Positions 35,969 to 42,502 of a DNA stretch of 42,502 nucleotides are shown one piece after another (position 1 is the stretch's first letter; the number at the start of each line of letters is the position of its first letter). A program made the position numbers and the translations under genes. The notes below the pieces were generated by a model, which made no database searches, was not told the origin of the DNA, and saw nothing but the letters and a program-made list of their open reading frames with translations. The stretch is from Paraglomus brasilianum (lineage: Eukaryota), in NCBI GenBank assembly GCA_910592345.1, contig CAJVPI010000207.1, forward strand, positions 1-42,502, written 5' to 3'.

Positions 35969-37440
35969 ATGTCAATACGACCCTATTCGCAACTTTCAGA
36001 TTTTAACAAAGACGAAAAAAAATACGACTTGCTGATTATCGCTGGCAACGAACAAGATAGAAAAACATTCAAAGCTCATATTTCCATTTTATCTACAAGA
36101 TCAATATATTTTCGTGCCGCGTTATCAGAAACATGGCTCAGAAGAAAGGAACAATATTACGTTTTTGAGAAGCCAAACGTTGCGCCAGAATTGTTCAAAG
36201 TTATTCTCGGGTAAGGAATGTTAAAGGTGTGTCGGAGTTATCGGTTGTGTTGCCCAACACTCACCTGTCAATTTATCTTTTTCTTCTGTCTCGCAGGTAT
36301 TTGTATACCCGGAACGTGAACATCGACGGTTGGTCGGAGATTGCTATTCTCAAACTATTAATTGCGTCAGATGAATTGCTGTTAGAAGGACTCGTTGAAA
36401 TAATACAGAATAATTTTATAAAATCAAAAGAAACATTCATTCTCATGCAGCCTATCCAAGTTCTAGACCTTGTCTTCAGACTCGAATCATGTAAAAAACT
36501 TACACTACTTTGCTTGAAAATGTGCGCGGCAGACGCAAGAAATATATTTCTTCACAATCCTCAACCGTTGGAAGAAGAAATGCTAATTTCTCTTTTACGG
36601 CGTGACGATCTCCTTATAGAAGAAGTGGAATTGTGGAAATACGTCATAAGATGGGGGTTAGACAAACATCCGCAGGTAGATCGTGATCCGACAAAATGGT
36701 CGGCCGACAATGTAAACCAAATCAAAACAAGCATAAATGTCATGATCAACCTCATTCGATTTTTTTCAATGTCACCGAATGAATATCGTGAGGAAGTTAG
36801 ACAGTATTGGAGACTATTGCCAAAGCGACTAATAAAAGAATTACAAAATCATAATGTCCCACTCTACAACCAAAAGAAGAAGGCTGAATCGAAGGTAATT
36901 GAATAGGTGCATTGTAACTTCTTTTCTTTAAGTAAAAGTTTATATTACAGAGTCTAACTCTTGTGCCATTTGTAATTGTATATACCTCAGTCATCTCCAT
37001 TTCTAAAACGACACAATACCGTGTTTGTCTCGTGGCAAGGTTATCCAGCAACTGATTCAGAACTACGAAAAATATTCGATGGGTTAGATGTAAGAGCAAA
37101 TAGTTTGATGCATCGTGAGTTTTTACGTGAAAGATGGTTTAAAACAAAGCGACCGGTATATATTTTTTTTGTAACCCAGATAAAAGTTATCCGCCCGTGC
37201 CCAACGCAGTCGTCTGCCTACATTGATTTTAATACAATGGATTCAATGATCAGAGCACTAGCAAAGGATGGCAAGGTAGTTGATTTTTTTTTTCAGTCAA
37301 ACACATGATATGTTTACATATCCATTATGTACACCACGTCTTATATTTTCTTTATCCATAAGAACATTGCAGGCTATATCCGATTGCGCATAAACGCTTC
37401 CCGTCTTACGTTCTCGAGTACATTTACAATTTATAAATAA
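35969..37440 (+). CDS. BTB/POZ-BACK protein with C-terminal RRM-like domain (5 exons, 370 aa)
   Basis: Exons 35969-36210, 36297-36894, 36991-37089, 37180-37275 and 37363-37440 total 1113 nt. All introns are GT-AG, the frame is preserved and it ends in TAA. BTB: YDLLIIAG...FKAHISILSTRSIYFRAALS...FEKPNVAPELFKVILGYLYT...LLIASDELLLEGL. BACK: LISLLRRDDLLIEEVELWKYVIRWG...LIRFFSMS. Tail: NTVFVSWQGYPATDSELRKIFDGLDIKVIRPCPTQSSAYIDFNTMDSMIRALAKDGKNIAGYIRLRINAS. Confidence 0.9.
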
Positions 37441-38379
37441 TCACGTTTCTGTTTGGATAATATCGCACGTAAACATTCTAATACAATATATTTTGAAAGA
37501 GAGATGTATATCATTATTTAATGTCCACGCGAAATACAGCAATACGTGCGTACATAATTTTTTATCATAAGAGTTCCACGGGTTATGCCTAAACGTTAAA
37601 CAGCGAATAGCGATAGGCTTGATTGAGATTACGTTTATTAACGAACGGCTTAATATTTACACAATGTTGATTCCAAGTCAAGGCATCTTCTACGTTGTAA
37701 TTCAAGTATCAATACAATTAAAACAAACATTTACAAAAATCATAGCTTGTCCTTGTAAAGATGTACAGTATTAGACGTTAAAACGGTGAATGAGCGTAAA
37801 GCCAATCACAGACTTTTATCCAAATCCTCACTTAAACGTTACTTCTGGTTGGGAATAAAGTGCAAGTCTCAAACGTGATCTCAACTAAATTCATTCATAC
37901 CGTATTGGAATGGGATGTATGATTCAGCCACAATAGGAATATCATGTGACACTTTCTTAGTTGTCAGTGTTGAAGGCTAGACATGTAATTGGTTAATCTC
38001 ATGTTATTTCACGAGACAATATGAAAGAAAGATTAAGATGCAGTATTAGTATATAGAGATTTTATCTGTCTATGAGATGTACGAGCGGTGTTGCTCCCAC
38101 ACGCAATTATTACATGGATATCTGTGTCGTTTTACATTTTATATGTCGGAACAAAGGTGTAATATTACATTAATGTGTGTATATTGTATATGTTAATACA
38201 GTCAGGAGTTTTTCCAAATTGATGATTGTAGAACACTATGGAAGCACATATCCTATTAATATTAATACTATTTTCAGATATTATATTTCTAACTTCTTGA
38301 AGAATATTCACTAAGTCAGCACGGAATTACTTGATAAACCTCGAAAAACCGTGACCGTTCTGATTCACCTAAAAAAGGA

Positions 38380-39440
38380 CTTAAGGAGTTGATTATCTGT
38401 GATTTCGTTAATAAACTTTCAGCCTTCTGACTATTTGTTTCTTCATGTGTTATTGGAATTGATTCCAAACGCCTAATGATGTTGGCTTTGCTTTATTCTT
38501 CTCCTACGAGCAATTTCGCCAAATCTTTTCATTTCTTCACTTAGCATCCACTCTCAACTTATGCCTTGAAAAACACGATTATTAGCGTTTGGGTTTACAA
38601 ATTCAGTCTTTCTTATTCGAACCCGAAATCGACGTGATTCAGCAGTAAAGCTAGGACGTGTACGAGGTCTTACTTTCATATATCCTATTAAATTAAAAAG
38701 GTTAGTACGCAATTTCAAAAATTTTGTATAATTACGTGCTGTTATCTCACCAGTGCCGTTGTGAAGGAATTGCAGGAACTAAAGATTTGAGCATTTTGTT
38801 AAGTTCTTCCAATATTGCGCCATGGAGTTTGCGTTCTTTATTTGAATATTGCGTCATGGCCTTGATGTTGATTCGATAGTTTAGAACGTGAAGTTACAAT
38901 CCTTTCTTGAATCAACTCGTAAATTTCGGGTCTTAATTGTAATCTTTGATGTTGTCAGTAACTTCAATTAACCGGTAAATAGGATGTCGCCGAGCAGACC
39001 AAATCGGTGCGAATGTTCGTCTAGCTGCAAGTCTTAATGAAGGCCTATTGAAACGAACTACAGTCCCAATACGACCTTGTTGGTCATTAAATGCTCATCT
39101 AACCGCTTCTTTAATGCTGCATTCTCAGATAATAATTGCCGATTGACATCTTTTAGAGTTCATATGATCTTCACATGCTGGATCCAGCAAGGATACTTGG
39201 ACTCCAAATTCAGAAGTCTTTTCGAATTCTAACAACTCGATATCGCTAGAGGGTTTTGGTCTTTTTCTCTCTTTTTCTTCTGAATCTAAAACGATTGAAT
39301 CATTTGTTTTAGTGACTCGTTTATTAATGGACTTATTAACGACAATTTAGTTATAGTGCCTTTCGCACAATGAGTAATTCTCTAACGATAGTTCCGAGAA
39401 ATACTTAACCGTTTCTTTTATTTCCTTTGCTGCAACATTA
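38380..39440 (-). pseudogene. Frameshifted relic of a large, probably transposon-derived ORF
   Basis: Protein-like collinear fragments with frameshifts and stops: LRLAARRTFAPIWSARRHPIYRLIEVTD / LQLRPEIYELIQERIVTSRS / NQHQGHDAI..ILEELNKMLKSLVPAIPSQRHW / LKLRTNLFNLIGY / PRTRPSFTAESRRFRVRIRKTEFVNPNANNRVFQGIS*EWMLSEEMKRFGEIARRRRI. Confidence 0.65.
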
Positions 39441-39706
39441 GCTGCCATTTTTGGCCCTGCTTAGTCCCACATCTTGTTAACTGACTTTCGTCATAGTCGT
39501 TGGAACAGACAAGGTAAGTTTTTGGGAGCTACTTTTGCGTTCATAGTACAACGAGGAGTAAATTTTAAACCTAATTTAATAGAAAGCTATTATGTAAAGT
39601 TGTGGGGATTCCTGGGGATTATGAAACTGTATACTCGTAAAAGTATGTTTCTATTACTATCGTTGGTTTCAAAATTTTATCGATAGATTAGTTCTCTATG
39701 CTAACA

Positions 39707-40075
39707 ATGTCGAGCACCAATCAGATTTCGATATTTTTTGCAGATTATTCTAGAATCGATCTGCAAATTTCGAAGACTGTACAAGATTTTAATATCAAGC
39801 GGTTAGAGACCAAGAAAATTTGAATAAGCCAAATTGACATTAAAGCTAATGAGAAGCTTACATTAATAAATGTCCGCGTAAATAGTGGGACCCACCCAAG
39901 AATTAGGGTGAGAATGATATGTTGAATATATCATTCTACAACTAAACTGTATAGGAAACAAAATAGTAAGAGAATTAGAAAATTTTGTGCAAGACCACCA
40001 CCTCTCCGCGAGGTTAATGAATGACTTACATTAATTAAATGCTCTTAAAGAGCCAAAAGTAAGCGGGAGATAAAC
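39707..40075 (+). pseudogene. Possible small pseudogene, unknown product
   Basis: ATG-initiated frame MSSTNQISIFFADYSRIDLQISKTVQDFNIKRLETKKI*ISQIDIKANEKL..., then a GTGAG...TAG intron-like gap, then NKIVRELENFVQDHHLSARLMNDLH*LNALKEPK. Internal stops. Confidence 0.25.
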
Positions 40076-41599
40076 CTTTACGAAAAAAAAACATGTAGTT
40101 AGTAATATGCTGACATTGATCGTTCATTTCAATAAGGAGACTTACACTTTAAACCTCCCACACCCTTGGAGAGCGGAGAAGAGGTAAAGATTGCCGGAAG
40201 CTGAGCATATCGAAAATAATAAATTTGATAACAAGACACAATATGCTCAGTCAGCTTCTGAAAGAACATGAAAGACAATGGTGAGAAAAAGAAACAATAG
40301 AAACTTTTCTTATTCCAACTTGTACCAAGATTATAAGCACGTACGACTTACTTTCATTATTATTATTTTAATTCTTGTAATTTTATTAGTTGATCGCGTA
40401 GCAGGGCATCTCTTGTCGACGTTAAAGCGTTTATAAGTCTCAAACAACAGCAAGTTGTGCTACCTTGTGCGAGTCTATAATAAAATATTTCTGATTGTAA
40501 TAGGTTGAGGATGCAATTTTGATGTAATTTTGCATCGGATTATAGTTATGCAGTATCATATGTTGTGCGCCGACTCTGGGCCAGGACTAGTTCAATTCTA
40601 GACTCGTAAACAAAAAACTGACAAATCAGTAAATAAGATCGCTTCATCTCGAGGGTATTGAGGTATCCTGATAACAAATGTTGAGCATTCGGATAAACAA
40701 TGTATGCACCTTTCTTACTGCCTGCCGCCCTCAGCTGGAAATAAAATAATAAATGTATATGGAGTTTTGTGCATTAGATATATAACGATCACTTACTATA
40801 TTTGGTCTTATACTAACCTGCATAACCGATCATTATGCAGATGGGATTAACTTGTGATATGAATTCGTGACGTAATTTGCATAAAATTTATTCTTCTTAT
40901 GCCAAAAGAAAGGGACTTGGAATTGAGGCAGAAATGTTATGCACTAACATTATATAAAAGCCAATAATACTTAACCATGTTTGTGCTCGAAACTGAATGC
41001 AAGTGATCAAATCTGTAAACCATCATGTGGTTATCAACAAATCAATGAATGGAGCTATTATACAAATTTCTAGCGCAATCTGTTTTGATTACGTCTTCTT
41101 ATGCACATTTTGCCTGTTTATTTATCCATTGCAGACAGAATCTATGGGAATGTTACTCAAGCCCAAACATAAGGGAGCATCTAATCACGATAACAACGTT
41201 GAAATCTGGATAACGATAATAATCACCCATGATAAAATTTCCTTAGTCAGTTTAAAAGAGTAGTCTCCAGTACTGTTGGCAAACTTTCTTCCTTGCTCCT
41301 TGTTACTGCTTGAATATGCTTGCTGAGTAGCTTTATGGTATAACTGTCGTTGAATTTACAAACAAGTCAGAATCAGCATTCGGCATTATTTCTGAATTTA
41401 CTAGTAAGCATATAGTAATACAATCTTCAAGTCATGTAACTAGAAAGTAAGACACTACTCCAACTTACGAGTTAAATCTACCGAAACCTAATAGGAAAAC
41501 AAAATAAAAGATATGCGTGGTTTAACATGCTTTGCTGTATAGTTACTTAGAAAAAGGCTCAACGAAATTATGTAATAAATGTGAAAGACTACTCGCATC

Positions 41600-42502
41600 T
41601 ATAGATCTTTGATTCCTTCGGCGAAGCATTTTTATACGCTTTGAAAGTATGTTTATATTTGTGTTTGCCCCCTGTAGCCGAATTCAGTCAATGCTAAGAG
41701 AAATCAGCAATCGCTGGTTTACTGACAAAGTTTTTTCTTTTGCCAGTAATTATTCTATGGATTAAGATCGGATTCTCGCCCGCTAATTCCTCTGGGAGGA
41801 CAGCTTTTATTTCCGATTCGCTTGGTATTTTAAATATCATCTCATTGCTGTTTGATCTTTTGCAGCGCATAGAGTGATTACTCGGTCGTTCTTTACTAGA
41901 TTCGAGATCCCTCGGTTATGCCACGCTTTGGGAATCACGGTGATTGTCAGAATGGGTTTTCGCCTTTTTCCTTACCATGCTGTCTGATTATTTCGAGATT
42001 CGTATGCATTCATAATCCTCCCTCCTTCGGTATTATTCAATTCTTTACATTGTCTTTATCACTCCATCGTCTTATTTCATCGCAGGGACTGTTGTTGGAT
42101 CTTTACGGTTTTGACACTCTATATCAAACACCGGTTTATCAATACCGCATTTACAAATGCTCCCCAGTCGGGTGTAATTTGATATCTTCAACTAATACTA
42201 AGACGATCAGCCAAAAATCGTTCTAGATGCATTCCGACGGGACGCGTTATACAAATGAGTTTCTAAAGATGCATTTAGTTTATAAATCCACTCGCCCGGA
42301 GTAAGTGTTTTATCGCAATGAACCTCTTCTAAATCAGGAGGTTACATCGATAACTGATAAAGCGTAGTAAGTCTTAACGATCTGTCGGCAATTATCGCTA
42401 CATAAATCCGTTAGAAGTTGATTTGGCTTTCGAACGCGGTGCAACATCTGATATGCTTCATTGCTCGTCAGACCAGCTAATGTGCGGAAGTGTGCAAACG
42501 TC
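41600..42502 (-). pseudogene. Possible degraded coding sequence running in from the window edge
   Basis: GC-richer stretch with frameshifted protein-like pieces (PPDLEEVHCDKTLTPGEWIYKLNASLETHLYNAS; LERFLADRLSIS*RYQITPDWGAFVNAVL). Family not recognised. Confidence 0.25.

Noticed and set aside
35969..37308. Three separate genes, as suggested by ORFs 35969-36214, 36229-36906 and 36976-37308
   Set aside because: GT-AG introns join them in frame into one gene.

Overview
Eukaryotic, AT-rich, gene-sparse fungal DNA. The gene families (F-box/LRR, Sel1-repeat, BTB-BACK) and short GT-AG introns suggest Glomeromycota or another Mucoromycota lineage; this is inferred, not searched. Four genes look intact: an intronless F-box/LRR gene (498-2084, -), a multi-exon RNase H with a complete catalytic set (~3283-4562, -), an intronless ~11-repeat Sel1 protein (23614-24879, -) and a 5-exon, 370-aa BTB-BACK gene (35969-37440, +). 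Once spliced, the last gene ends in an RRM-like RNA-binding domain. This architecture is invisible in the ORF track and is the most interesting observation. The rest is decayed material: pogo/Tc1-mariner derivatives and MITEs, a candidate solo LTR, minisatellites, a degraded array of duplicated exon-intron cassettes (~18.5-21.8 kb) and pseudogene relics (MutL/MLH3-like C-terminus, Ras-like GTPase, a transposase-like ORF). No rRNA, tRNA or CRISPR array was recognised.
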